NCBI GenBank assembly: GCA_951406725.2
Contig: OX597823.1
Location: 38,874,001 to 38,938,000, forward strand
Direction: 5' to 3'
DNA: 64,000 bases
Source: Octopus vulgaris
Lineage: Eukaryota
This document shows, piece after piece, positions 44,520 to 58,262 of the stretch; position 1 is the stretch's first letter, and each line of letters begins with the position of its first letter. The notes under the pieces were generated by a model. The model searched no databases, was not told where the DNA came from, and saw nothing but the letters and a program-made list of their open reading frames with translations. A program made the translations under genes and the position numbers.

Positions 44520-45166
44520 ACCTTGGATTGTAGGGCGACCTTCTGTGCTTGACTATTAAGTCAAGTCCATCAACATCAAAATAAAAATCAAATGGAAATT
44601 GTAGTTGTGATACCCGTGCTGGTGGCATGTAAAAAACACCATCCGAATGTGGCCGATGCCAGCGCCGCCTTGACTGGCGATGTGCCAATGGCATGTAAAA
44701 AGCACCAACTGATCATGGACATTGCCAGCCTCCACTGGCCCCTGAGCCGGTGGCACGTAAAAAGCACCCACTACACTCACGGAGTGGTTGGCGTTAGGAA
44801 GGGCATCAAGCTGTAGAAACACTGCCAGATCAGAGAGCCTGGAGCCTGGTGCTGCGGAAAACGGACTTTAACGATGATGATGATGATGATGAGCTGGCAG
44901 AATCGTTAATATGTTGGATGAAATACTTATAGGTATTTCACTTATTGCTATGTTCTAAGTTCAAATTCTGCTGAGGTCGACTTGCCTCTCATCCTTTTGG
45001 GGTTGGTGAAACACCAATGAATCGACTAATCCATTTCGCACCAAATTTAAGGCCCTACACCTTTAGTAGAAAGGATGATGATGATCATCATCACGGTCGA
45101 ACTGTCCAACCCACGCTAGCATGGAAAACGGACATTAAACGATGATGATTATGATGATGATGATGA
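44520..45166 (+). mobile_element. RTE 3' UTR interrupted by a copy of 40655-40900
   Basis: aatggaaattgtag..gtggcatgtaaa units and tail; the tail resumes at 45093. Confidence 0.8.
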
Positions 45167-46958
45167 TATATATATATATACTTCAGTGAACAACAATTGT
45201 GCAGGCCAGCATTGGTGTCTACATTTTCACCAGGATTTCTCCTTTTAATTTTTTTTTTCTATTTTTTCTCAGTTTTTATGCTTCCTTAGCAGTCTATAAA
45301 TTATTCCAACAAAGGATAATGTCCAAAACATCATAATTAACTCTTTCCACTTCTTTGAACTCATCAAACTAATTATCCTAATCATGCATTTATCCCATTT
45401 TGCTTTCTTTTATATACTGTCCTTCACTATTTGTGTGTTTGTGTTCACATGTGTGTGTGTGTTTATGACATATAAGGAGAATACACACATACATACACAT
45501 ATATATAGAGAACAAATTTATTCTTGCTAATTTAAATAACAAAAAATATTAAAAAGCACAGTGCAGATTTTGAAAATGTACAGTTCTGTGAGCGCGCGCG
45601 CGAGAGAGAGAGAGAATTAGGAGGATTTCCTTAGAATTTATAAGCAGAAACCAAATTCTATAAACTGGCTTGAATAATAAAGTTGCTATTGCGTAAAACA
45701 TTACAGTAACAACATGAATGGTTGGTGGGTGAGGTTTGAACCCTCCCCACTGCTCTTGGTGAAATAATAAAGGAGAGGAAGAGAGAAAACACATATTTCA
45801 ATATGAAAACTACTAAAGGTAGGTTTCAATGATAAAAAGAAAAGAAAAAAGAAAAACAAACATCACAATATGATTATTGGGAAATGATATTTCAAGGAAT
45901 AATGTAAATAGGTTGGCGTCTTTTACAGGAAAAACTATTGTTGAAAACAATGATAATAGCGCATTGGTGAGATGATGGTAACGATGATGATAGGTGGAGG
46001 TGGGGATTGCTACCAAAGACAAAAACCACCAGAAAGAAAGCAAGGAAGAATGAAAGACAGACAGACACAAAAATGTTTTGAATAGGAAAGAAAACAAAGG
46101 AAAATATAAGAAAAAAAAAGAGAAAATTGTGCAAGAAGAAACAATCAAAAGAAAAATTACAAAAAATATAAAATAAACGAATGTAAAACAAACAGAAAAT
46201 GGAGAGAAAAGAGATGATGAGAAGAACTGGAAATATGAATTGCATTCCATGAATTAACAGATTCCAAGAAAAATTAATAATAATGAGAGTGATACAGATA
46301 AGAACAGCATTAATGGTTAGAAAAACACATAACAGTGATGATGATGATGATGATGATGACAGCACAAAAATTAAGCAGAAAATTGTAGAAAAATTATGCC
46401 TAACCCTAATGTCTATATCATTCAGTTTCGTTATTACTTTCACAAAATTTCACTTGAAAATAGTGCCTGTATGTGTAGGTATGTGTGTGTGTGTGTAAGT
46501 GTGAGGGAGAGTAACTTTGCAAATTAGGAGAGTAAAAGATAAAAAAGAAAAGGTTGTTAGATTACAGGAGGGAGCCAAAAATATATTTGAAGAAGATAGC
46601 AATAACAACAACAACAACAATAATAACAAACAGCAAAAATGGAATATGCCATTTTAGAAACATAACTAGTTTGGATATATAAGGAATTGTGGTAAGAAAA
46701 ATTCCTTTCGTACTTTCCGGAGATTTGACATAATCAGAACATCAAAAACATTTCATATAAATATGATACACACACATACACACACACTCACACACATATA
46801 ACGTATAGCTGTAGCAAATTTATGAGGGGTTTGACAAAACATACCACAAATTAGATGAGGAATGGAATGTTCAAGAATCTTTCCATAAAAAAGAGTACTG
46901 GAAAGGTTTTGGGAACACCCTTTACTTTCTTTCTTACTTATGAAGACATTCAAGAAAA

Positions 46959-47187
46959 TTAACCCTTTTGTCACCATATTTCAGCTGAAGTAAGGTTCCT
47001 TTGCTTCAATTTATTTTGAAAATAATAGAGAATTTGGTAAAATAACAGTCTTTATTAAGCTGGTTTTTAGAACAAAAATTAACATGAAATTTTGATGGGA
47101 TTTGATTTAGATCACTTTAAAACGTGAAGTTTGTGTCACATAACCAGGAGCAGTTTTGGATGAGTCGATAACATAACTTTATGTTAA
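46959..47187 (+). mobile_element. piggyBac-like MITE, copy 3
   Basis: TTAA-cccttttgtcaccatattt...ttattaagctgg...TTAA; right terminus degraded. Confidence 0.65.
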
Positions 47188-47428
47188 AATGTAAAATAAA
47201 TATTTTTAAAAATAAAACTGAAACAGCTATATGTATGTGTGCATGTGTCTCAGCCAAGTGATGCAATAATACATGTGTGTATATAATAATTTTTGTGTGC
47301 ATATGATGCAGAAGTGTGTGTGTACAATGTGCAAGACAATATCATATGCGGATAAATATAGCGTGTGTGCGTGTGTGTGTGTATGTAAATTGTACTGTGT
47401 GTGTGCATAGATTGCTTGTGTAAGTCTA

Positions 47429-47463
<35 letters not shown>

Positions 47464-48124
47464 AACTGAAAGATTATAGAGTGTGTATGTATAAATTATA
47501 ATATTGTACTGCTCAAGTATGTGTATGAAATGTAAGATTGCAGTATGTGTGCATGTGCGTATGAACATGTGTGCATGTGCATATGCACATGTGTGCAAGT
47601 GCCAAGGCATATAAGAATTTTAAAGTTGATTACGAAATGAAACCATTGCTGCCGACAAAATGATAAGCAAGGATTTCAAGCATAAGCACCATCATCATCA
47701 TAACTATTATTATTGTTATTATTATTGTTGATGTTGTTGTTGTTGTTAAAAGCTGCCAGCATATGGTTTGTGCCAGTTAATGAGACAATTACTCTCATCC
47801 AACCTAACAGACTGACATCTCTTCCTTTCTTCAGCTTTCATCTCCTCCCACCAATTTTCCTCATCTTTCTACGTAATAGATAAATATGACACACTTACAG
47901 CAGATATCAAAAGACTGAAAAAAGGCCCCCCTTTTTTTTTTTTAATTAATTCCTGCAATAAAATCAATAAATGCCAGTTGATGTAACAAGATAGTAACAG
48001 CGGGGCGGGGGAGATAGGAAGACAGAAATGAGAAAGTTTTATAAGAAAGTGTAGGGTTAATACAAAAAGGTAGATATATTTAATAAGGATGATGATGGTG
48101 GTGGTGGTGGAGGATGGGATGGTA

Positions 48125-48460
48125 AAGTGGTGGAATCAGTAGAACACAGGGTAAAATAACTTGGGAGTATGTTGTGAGTCCTTTATATCCTGAGTTCAAA
48201 TCCTGTAGAGGTCAACATTGCCTTTCATTGTTGGAGTGGCATCAGTCAAGAGCTGGGGTCAATACAATCAACTGTACCTCGCCTACATATGTGCCTGTTT
48301 CAAATCACTGTTACTTATAAGGGCTGTGACTGGTGGAATTAATACAGCATTAGACAAAATGACTAGTGGATATTTAGTTTAGTCCCTTTACTTTCTCAGT
48401 TCAATTCCCACATAGACTGACTTCAACTTTTATGTATCATGAGTCAGTAAAATAAATACT
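48125..48460 (+). mobile_element. two degenerate family-A SINEs
   Basis: gagttcaaatcc..ggtcaacattgcctttca and cagttcaattcc. Confidence 0.55.
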
Positions 48461-48469
48461 GATCATAGG

Positions 48470-48634
48470 TGCATGCATGGCAGTGTGGTAAGAAGTTTGC
48501 TTCCCAACCATATGTTTCTGGGTTCACTCCCACTGCATGGCACCTTGGGCAAGTGTTTTCTATCATAGCCTCGGATTGACCAAAACCTTGCTAGTGGAAT
48601 TGGTAGATGGAAACTAAAAGAAGCTTGTCATATA

Positions 48635-48704
<70 letters not shown>

Positions 48705-48905
48705 TGTGTGTTTGCAAATGTGTTTGTCCCCCACTACCACTTGACAACTATGTATGTCCCTGTCACTTAGCAGTCCAGCAAAAGTGACTGATAAAACAAA
48801 TACTAGACCTTACTGAAAAATAATAAGTATTAAGGTCTGACAGTTTGACTAAAATTCCTCAAGGCAGTGCCCCAGCATGATTGCAGTTTAAAGACTGAAA
48901 CAAAA
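48470..48905 (+). mobile_element. family-B SINE with (GT)n spacer and tail T1
   Basis: gtgtggtaagaagtttgcttcccaacc..gggttcactcc..caccttgggcaagtg. Confidence 0.85.
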
Positions 48906-49714
48906 GAGAGATAAGAGGTAAGTGCAGGATTAAAACCTAAAATTTGTGTTGTGCCAAAATGCCATAATTAGATCACATGATGCTGATGCTGACAGTGTCT
49001 ATGATGATGATAAGGCTGGTGTCTATGATGATAACTGCACGATTATGACAATTGTTTCATCAACAGGCAATAGTTTTTTTACATAGGCAAAAGGTAAATT
49101 ATTTTTAGAAATGAGTGTAGCTGTATCAGGATTGCATTAAGCCTGTACATCAGTAGTAATTTAGTAATAAATACATTAATTATAAGCAAAAACATGTTGG
49201 AGTCATGTTTGTGTTTAATTTCATATCCTTAATTTTATTATATGTACAAAACATATTCCATATGGTACGGAAATTTTGGTATTTGTGGATCATGAGGCTA
49301 CCTTACAGGGAAAATGACTTCTTAATAGGGAATTGTGAGAAATTTGGTCTTAAATAAGGGCTTGATTGAAATGATACCAACCCACCTGAGACCATCCCTA
49401 GCTTTTAACAAGCTCAGTAGCTAATTGCAGCACCAGTACCTGTTCTGGCACTGTTTTTCTCTATATCACTGGTAGGGAGGTGAGTTGCTGCTATCTCTAG
49501 CAGCTAAGCATCTGTCATTGACAAGACCAAGGAAAGTTAAAATCACATGATCTCATGGTCTCAGCACAGGAGGTGGTGGGGATATATCTTCCTGCTAGCA
49601 ATATTAACAAGTTTGCATTTCATGCCAATATGTAAGTTTTTTTCATGGTATCTACTGCAGTGTAGTTCGTTCTAATAGAACATTCACATTTTAGTAAGGA
49701 TAAATATTACCCCT

Positions 49715-49902
49715 AGTTGTATGTTGCAAGCTACCTGTTTTAAAGTGAATCAAGTTTAAACCATCCATCAAAATTTTATGTTAATTTATGTTCCAAATAC
49801 CAGATTAAAAATGAGTTATTTTAATAAAATTGTCATTGTTTTCAAAATTAATTGAAACAAAGGCAATGTATTTCAACAGAAATATAGTAATAAAAGGTTT
49901 AA
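49715..49902 (-). mobile_element. piggyBac-like MITE, copy 4 (partial)
   Basis: Reverse complement of the MITE body (gttaatttatgttccaaatacca), ending aaaaggtTTAA. Confidence 0.6.
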
Positions 49903-50514
49903 ACTTTCTTTGTGGTATCTCATGAATTTGGCACTTCCAAACCTTTGAAAGACAAGTTTTATCATTTGCTTAATCTCCTGAGGTATTTTAATTCTTTATC
50001 TTCATCATAGCTGCTAGGCATTAGAAGATTGTGTGAGTGATTCTTTCCAAATCAAGTATTCATATTATTTTTCTTTCTTTAAATGAAGCATTATGTTAAA
50101 AAAGAAAACAAAACCTATTTGCTCTATGAGGTATTTAAATTGCTCATTATAAAACTTGAACAAAGATCAAATAAAAATAAAGGTAAACACAAGAGGTGAT
50201 TTTTGTCTGTGAATTTGATGTAGATGTAATGGATGATTGTTTCTTGAAACAGGCACAGCACCTTCAGTATTCATTAACAACTTAATTTCATGCACCAAAT
50301 CCTTTTTGGTCATGGCATACAAAAATATTAAGGCTTAAAAACAATAAAAAGATATGCTGGAGTGGACTCTGGCAACCATATGCACATTCTGATTTCAAAT
50401 TTCAGAGACATTGAGTTTAATCTTTTGTCCTTCCCAGCTTTGATAAAGTACTGGCGTCCTTTACATCAGTTTTGTCCTCCTTAACTATCAGTGGCCTTAT
50501 GCCAACATAATAAA

Positions 50515-50628
<114 letters not shown>

Positions 50629-52234
50629 TACTGTACTGGATAAAATATATATGGAAAATAAAAACATGATGCTCATGTCTGATCACATTTCTGATTTCAA
50701 CCTGCTTGAATAGGGTAGGTAGTCCAGGGGCCAAAGAACAACTTCAATCACTACTTATTTTAATTTATTTTAAATATTTTGAAAGAAGGAAAGGTAGGTA
50801 AGGATATGTACTTCTAAATTCCATGGGGATTTACATGTGGTATTGTTTAGGTGTGTATGAATGGAGCTGTGTGATGTGTGTGTGTGTGTGCCTCTAAGGC
50901 AAATAGTAGTTGTATGGTGATGATAGTTTATGTTTAATAGTGAGTGTGTGTGTGTGTATTATGTTAATGTTTGTTTTTTTGTGTAAGCTGAAGGAAGTAG
51001 TAGTAGTAGTTATGCAACAACAATGGTGCATGTGTAGCATGTGCATATATGTTTGTTAATACACATATTTATAAAAGCAGTATCAACACTTATAGTCTCT
51101 CTCTCTCTCTGTATATGTATATAAATATATATATAGATGGTGGTAGTGGTGTAAGTGTCAATGAGAATGCATGCATGTGTGTATGTGTTCAGGGAACAAA
51201 TGTCTTGCTTAAGTCTAAAATCCCAGTTCATGTCACCATCTCTCCTTCCAACACACACACACACACAGTCAAAGAAAGCAACCCAGAGAAACCAAGTTTT
51301 GCTGAGTGCCAAGTTTTGCTGAGTGCCAGTTCTTCAGTCAATGAAAATATCTGTTCTCACATCAGAAGAGATTTTGTAATGAGATCACACTGTGGCCAAT
51401 GAGAGACACTTTGTCAAAATGCTACCAACGTTTGAGGCACTAAGACACACCCTAACCCCACTATAAGAACCTAGCTCTTACAGCAGCACAGACATATATT
51501 AACACACTCATTTATATACCCTCACACACACACACACACATCCATATCCACTCACATAAGCACTCACACATCCACATACTCACACACACATCTACATACA
51601 CTTGCACAAACATCCACTGACACATGCAAACACACATACACATGCACAAACACATGCATGTATACATTTACACCCGCACACCCTACATATCTCAAGTGGT
51701 TACTTGAATTACAGGGAAGGGATTAAAGAGAATTATCTTATACGTATATGTGGGTGGTGTGTGTGGGTGTGCATGGATGTATGTATGTGTTTGTGTATGG
51801 GTATGTATATGTATGGGTGTGTACCTTTCATAACAAAACAACAATCCATAATTAATGAGTTCATAAATAAGATATTTATTCTCTTTATTCTGTTTGGGTG
51901 TCTTTTGTATTAGTTTATATACGTAAGTGATGCCTCATAGAGTTAAATCCTCCTGTGCTGTATAGTTAAACCACAAACCTGCAGCAGTGTTAAAATCAAG
52001 AACTAAGGGTAGAAAACCCTAAAGAAAACCATGCCACATGACAGTACTGAGAGTGAATGTTCAATTAAAATTTCCAGTATTTTTTAGTGGGACCAGCTCC
52101 ACATGTTCATGTAAACATGTTTCATTATCATGTACACCAGCATTTTGAAAGGGCTGTCTTGAAGATGGTGACTAAATAACTGATTATGACAGTCATGAGA
52201 GCCCATTGCAGCAGAGAGTGAGATACGGTATATT

Positions 52235-52318
52235 TGAGTGAGAGTGAGAGAGAATGGGGAGGGAGAGAGAGAGAGAGAGAGAGTGAGAGAGAATGAGGAA
52301 AGAGTGAGAGAGAGGGAG

Positions 52319-52349
<31 letters not shown>

Positions 52350-52400
52350 CCGTGTGTGTGTGTGCGCGTGTGTGTGTGTGTGCATGCACACACACACACA
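52235..52400. repeat. (GA)n-(GT)n-(CA)n compound microsatellite
   Basis: Directly visible. Confidence 0.9.
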
Positions 52401-53489
52401 CTCATGTGAAGGAGGAAATAAGGATCAAGCTAAAATGTGTTGGATTCTCATTTTACAAAAAAATGGTAAAATTGTCCAAGTAAAAAACAGTATTTATCTG
52501 TCTGATTGTCTCTGCTTCCCTTTCACTATTTCTTCATTTCTATTGCATTTACTCTCTCTCATCTGACTCTCTCCCTCTCTCTTTTCTATTTTTTCCTCTC
52601 TCTCTCCTCCTCTTCTTCATCATTATTATTCTCTCATTCATATTTTCTCCTCGATTTTCTTAGCATCTTTCTCTATAGGAATGTGTATCAGTCTATATTT
52701 AGGAATAGCTATTAGAGAACGTGTGAATGTGTGTGTGAATATGTTTGGGAATGTGTGTGTGTGTGTGTGTGTGGATATGTGTGCTAATGTGCACACATTT
52801 GTACACGTGCCTGTATGAGTATGTAAGAGCATGTATGTAGCAGGAAATGATTTAGAACGATTCTACTCCTTTTCACGATGCTCCTTGAGGAATAAATTGT
52901 TCAAGCTGTACCAAAGAGTTTCCTGTCTTCAGCAACACAAATTTACAAGAACTAGATTTTACAGTTTAACAGATGTAACAAAACTATTTTTAGACAGTAT
53001 GATGCATGATGTCAGCAGCATCATCACCACCAGCCACTTTTAAACTCAAAGAAGAATGATGTATTTGAAAACAGAGAAGTTGAACTGAGTTCAATCTTCC
53101 ACGATATGTACCCAGATGTGAAATAATATTATATTCTTTCTTCTTAAACAACAAAAGTGTTTACAGTTCCTCTAAGTTCAACACAAATATACTTTGCTCT
53201 ACAAGAAGCTTCAATATGTCACTGGTTGATGGTTGAAAATAATTGAAACCAGTAACTTTACTTATGAACTTACCAGAAAATTAATTTATAAACTTTTGAA
53301 CAATAGAGATAAAAAAGAAAAATATGTTGAATTTACATAAAGTACATTTCACTCAGTAAACAACACAGCTCTATGCCTACAAGGCTCTCAATGTAGTCAC
53401 CCAACTTGCACAAAATAACAACTAAAGCTTCCTCAAATTACACCCTTAATGTCATAAATAATGAAGAACACATTGGAGAATGTAGTCTA

Positions 53490-53905
53490 TCATCATCATT
53501 ATTTAACACTCATTTTTCCATGCTTGCAATGGTCAAAGAGAATTTCAGGAGGCAGATTTTTCTAGAGTAGAATGCCCTTCCTATCACCAACCACTACTTG
53601 TTTCCAAAGTAATATTTCTTTTTCTAAGTCCAGACATGTTTTTCATAGAATATTGGGAATGAAAAACATTGCTTCTATGATGGTGATGCTCATTTACAAC
53701 CATCACATGATGTCAAGACAATGGTACACACAGATACACACACACACGCGTGCGCGCATGTCAGGTTTTTTTTCAGCTTCTGATAACTGCATGTCAGATT
53801 TCAGCTTCTAACTACTAAATCCATTCACAAGGTTTTGTTTAACTAGGCTATAGTAGAAGAAGCTATGCAAGAGAACTGAAACCAAGACAATATGGTTGTG
53901 AAACC
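53490..53905 (-). mobile_element. composite SINE (B head plus RTE-like tail) nested in a family-F repeat (53378-53980)
   Basis: (CAT)n..ttttccatgcttgc..atgcccttcc; CA spacer; ccattcacaagg..ctatagtagaag; family-F halves on both sides. Confidence 0.65.
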
Positions 53906-54153
53906 AGATATATAAAAGATAGGATAGTCACAGCTGATTGGTCTGCTCAACAAGACCTCACCTGCAGCTAAGGAACAGCAACAGTATTCTGGTTTAATTT
54001 CTGATCTTCATCATGTTGTCATTATCATGTGTACATAATGTTAAAGTGAAATTGAGTAGGAACTTATATTTTCAAACCAATAGCAAATAAGTTCTTATAA
54101 CCCAGATGTCAATCATGGATCAAACTAACTGGAACATAAAGTGATTGTATATA

Positions 54154-54372
54154 TCAACCATTTTGTTACCATATTACCATTGAAATACACTGCCTTTGTT
54201 TCCCTTACTTATGAAAATATTGAGGAATTTAGAAAAATAACTTTGACGTTATTAAGCTGGTAACAGAAGATAATTAACATAGAGATTTATATTCAAATCA
54301 TGTTAAATTGAAAGTTTTGTATCACAGAATCGAGAGTGGTGGTCTTTGGTGGGTTGGTATCAAGGATGTTAA
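54154..54372 (+). mobile_element. piggyBac-like MITE, copy 5
   Basis: aaccattttgttaccatatt...attaagctgg...ggtatcaaggatgTTAA. Confidence 0.6.
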
Positions 54373-54699
54373 ACATGTTTTCATCCTTAAAGATGAGGTC
54401 AATAATTAAAAAATTAAAATTTTATTGATAACTTCTCATCCGAGATATTTAATCATTTCATTAATTACTAGAAAATTATGCTTAATTAAACTCTGGGTTG
54501 ATGTAAAAAAGTGAAAAAAAAAAAAAAAAGTGAAATGTCGAGTTCATTATGACATAGTCCAAGTGGAATGTGGTGACATGATAAATATGGAAAAATGACA
54601 ACAAATTAAGACAGATTACTTTAATTTTTTTTAAATGTACCATGAACACATATTCATCATGTCTGAATATTAGCATTAAATCAAAATAATAATGATGGG

Positions 54700-54925
54700 C
54701 TCTACTGTTGATGGTGACAAGAGAGTTCAGCTTTTGCACAACAACTTGCACAAATGATTTGTTTATAATGATCAAAGGGATGTGTCGTACATTAGCTCAC
54801 TCCCTCCATCAAATTAACATTGCCTGAACAAGTGGACAGTGTACCATGCAGAGCAATGTCAGGTAAAGTGTTTTCACAACACATCACCTGCTCTAGAATT
54901 AAAACCACAATGCAGCACCTGAACT
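54700..54925 (-). mobile_element. SINE-like repeat (family E)
   Basis: Homologous to 58050-58262 (atttgtttata.tgatcaaa...ctccatcaaatt.acatt.cctg). Confidence 0.55.
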
Positions 54926-55007
54926 ACAAGACCAATACTACTACTACTACTACTACTAATAATAATAATAATATTATTACTAATAATAATAATAATGATG
55001 ATGATGA

Positions 55008-55994
55008 GGATTTCAAATTTTGGTACCAGGCCAGCAAATTTGGGCAAGGAGATAAGTTGATTACTTTGACCCCACTGATAAACTAGTGCTTATTTTATTG
55101 ACCCTGAAAGGATGAAAAGCAAAGTTAACTTTGGTGAAATTTGAATTCAGAACACAGAGATAGACAAAATGCTGCCACACATTTCATCCAGTGTGCTAAC
55201 ATTCAACCCAAACAAAGCAATCCAAAAACACAAGACACACTCCATACAGTAAATATCCAATAAAATAAACAACCACAACATGTACTCTACAAACCAGATT
55301 TCCAATGGAAGAACACAACTCACATTACACACACAACACAAACACTAATACAACAAAAGATTGAAACCAGACCCCCATAACAAAATAAAGTGATGCAATA
55401 CAATACAAGGAAGAGTTTGCACTCCCACCAACAACGAAAAAAAGAATACACAATGCTGCAGATGCCCCAGGAACACAGAGTTGTAGCAGGTGATGCAGTA
55501 GAAATTTGCCTAAAACTGTCAAATGTTGAATAATAATAATAATCCTTTCTACTATAGGTACAAGTCCTGAAATTTGGGGGAGGGGGATTAGTTGATTACA
55601 TCAGCTCTTGACCGGTACTTATTTCATCAACCCCCAAAAGGATGAAAGGCAAAGTTGACCTTGGTGGAATTTGAACTCAGAATGTAAAGATGGATGAAAT
55701 GTCACTAAGCATTTCAACCAGCATGCTAACGATTCTGCCAGCTCACCACCTTAATAATAATAATTATAATAACAATAATAATTCTTTCAACTGGAAGCAC
55801 AAGACCTCAAATTTGGGGGAAGGATTTAAGTCAATTACATTGACCCCAGTGCATAACTGGTACTTATTCAATCAACCCGAAAGGATGAAAGGCAAAGTTG
55901 ACCTCAGCAGAATTTGAACTCAGAATATAGTGGCAGACGAAATACTGCTAAGCATTTTGCCTGGTGTGCTAATGATTCTGTCAGCGCACCACCT

Positions 55995-56050
<56 letters not shown>

Positions 56051-56262
56051 TACTTTCTATTACAGGCACAAAGCCTGAAAGTTTGGGAGAGGGATCAGGG
56101 GATTGCATTGACCCCAAGACTCAAATGATACATATTTCATCAACCCAAAAAGGATGAACGGCAAAGTGAACCATGGTGGAATTTGAAATCAGAACATAAA
56201 AACAGACAAAATGCCGCTAAGCATTTTGTCTGGCATGCTAACAATTATCCCTGCTGGCCTTA
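55008..56262 (-). mobile_element. four head-to-tail family-A SINEs (55008-55200, 55540-55752, 55783-55995, 56053-56262)
   Basis: ggatgaaaggcaaagttgacc..gaatttgaactcagaa present four times, mostly separated by (AAT)n. Confidence 0.9.
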
Positions 56263-56317
56263 ATGATGATTATGATGATGATGATGGATGTAGTTACAAA
56301 AATGTGACCTTGATAAG

Positions 56318-56790
56318 TACAGCAAGAAAAAAGTGCTGAGAACAACTACATCAAGACTATTCTTCAGAATCTGACAAATGTAGAACGTGTGGTGAAACTG
56401 GAGAGACAGTATTTTAAGTGAATGCAGTGAATTGGCTCAAAAAGAATGCAAGAGAAGACATGACAATGTCATCAGAATGGTTCACAGGGAACTAAGTTTG
56501 AATTGGAAAAGGTGATTAAATGGTACAAATATGAGTGGTAGGAAAATGACAGAGCAAATTTACTTTGAGATTTCATCATCCAATGTCATCATGGCAGTAA
56601 AGATCAGAACCCCAATATTGTGGTGGTAGACAAGAGAGTAAAACCATGCCTGATTATAGACATCAGAAGTGATGGAAAAGGAGAAAAACTGATGAGATAT
56701 GAAGCTCTGAAGAGAAGAATCATAAACTATGGTTAATGAAAAAGGTGTTGGTACCTATGATACAATGAGCAAAGAAACTGAAAAGTGGTT
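56318..56790 (+). mobile_element. decayed R4/Dong-type (RLE) non-LTR retrotransposon C-terminus
   Basis: ESDKCRTCGETGETV..LSECSELAQKECKRRHDNVIRMVH (CCHC plus RHD), then ENDRANLL*DF..PNIVVVDK..CLIIDI (PD-D/E nuclease remnant). Confidence 0.8.
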
Positions 56791-57639
56791 GTACATAATG
56801 AATATATATATATATACACACACATACACAGTTAGTCAGACAAGCATACAGTGTGCATGTATAAATGTTTTGCTTCAGAGTAGGAATAATAATTTTCCTG
56901 ATAATGAGGCCCTCTAAATTTCGAGTGATTAGATTCTAAAACTACTTAGACACCAAAGAAATATCTGTTGTTTGTTTGTTTGGTTTTAGAGAAAAAGTTC
57001 CTAAATACTGCCAAGCAGTGTCTCTTTAATGATCACTGCTAAAACAGCTGAAAAAAAAGATCCACCACATTTCCAAACAACAATAAGAAGCTCAGTTCAC
57101 TTCCAAAACAATCATACCACCACTCGGCTATCTCAAACAGAAATTAACCTGAAACAACAAAAGAAAAGAAAGAAAATAAGCCAGCAAATTGCGTTGTTTT
57201 GTAAGCTATGGAGTGTGGAGAGGTGATGATGATCAGTGAGTCAGTCCAGTTTGTATAAGTGGTCTTAAGTAACTAATGACTCAAATACTATTACATTACA
57301 ACACCATCATCAACTCATCGTTGTTCCTGTTGCAGTTTTGATTGGCCAGCTGACATGTGGAAGATAAGACTTATTGTGGTTGTTTATTATTAGTTGAGGT
57401 GCATGGGGGTGGGGGAAGGAGGTTCAGATATGTGATGTCTATGAGAATTTGAGCAGAATAAATGGTTGACATTGGCACTGGGTTTTCATTTAATTCAACC
57501 TTATTGGTAGTGCTACCCTCCATAATTAGTACAGACAATATTTTCTCTTTTAGTCTTCTTGCTCCCAAAACTTGCTCAAGCATGTCTTTGGGGGAGTGGG
57601 ATATAAATATAAATATATATATCTATCTATATATATATA

Positions 57640-58024
57640 TCATCATTGTTTAACGTCCGCTTTGCATGCTGGCATGGGTTGGACAGTTTGACTGAGGACT
57701 GGTGAGCCAGAGGCTGCACCATGCTCAATCTGATCTGGCAAAGTTTCTACAGCAGGATGCCCTTCCTACTGCCAACCACTCTGTGAGTGTAGTGGGTGCT
57801 TTTACATGCCACCAGCACGAGGGCCAGTCAAAAAGTTCTGGCAACGACCATGATCAAAAGGAGTTTTTTTACATGCTACCTGCATGAGAGCCAGTCCAGC
57901 AGCACTGGCAACGACCACGCTTGAATGCTGTTTTTCATGTGCCACTGGTACATGTGCCGTTAAGGCAACATTGGCAACGATCACGTTCAAATGGTGCTTT
58001 TCACGTGTCACCAGCACGGGAGCC
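57640..58024 (-). mobile_element. RTE 3' UTR fragment with four internal units, flanked by (TA)n
   Basis: catcattgtttaacgtccgc..gcatgggttggac..gatgcccttcc..gtagtgggtgctttta. Confidence 0.85.
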
Positions 58025-58049
58025 ATATATATATATATATATATATATT

Positions 58050-58262
58050 ACCATGGACCCTCCCATCGTTAGACAACATATGAGGGTTCAGCAATTTCTT
58101 GCCGAACAACAACACAAGTAATTTGTTTATAGTGATCAAATGTTTGTGTCCACTCTCTCCATCAAATTGACATTACCTGTACAGGTGCACCAAGTGCCAC
58201 ATGTCAGATGACAATCACAGAGCAACATGAAATGAAGTGCTTTGCTCAAGAACACAATGCAA
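58050..58262 (-). mobile_element. CORE-like SINE (family E)
   Basis: Reverse complement reads gtgttcttgagcaaagcacttcatttcatgttgctc. Confidence 0.6.

Noticed and set aside
45813-46443. Hydrophobic F/L-rich ORFs resembling membrane proteins
   Set aside because: Reverse complement of an A-rich low-complexity tract; no domain or splice support.
51291-51328. 17-bp direct repeat ccaagttttgctgagtg x2
   Set aside because: Simple slippage duplication with nothing else supporting function.
55480-55525. Possible degenerate hammerhead or Penelope end (ggtgatgcagtagaaatttgcctaaaac)
   Set aside because: Both conserved core boxes are mismatched and there is no Penelope ORF evidence.
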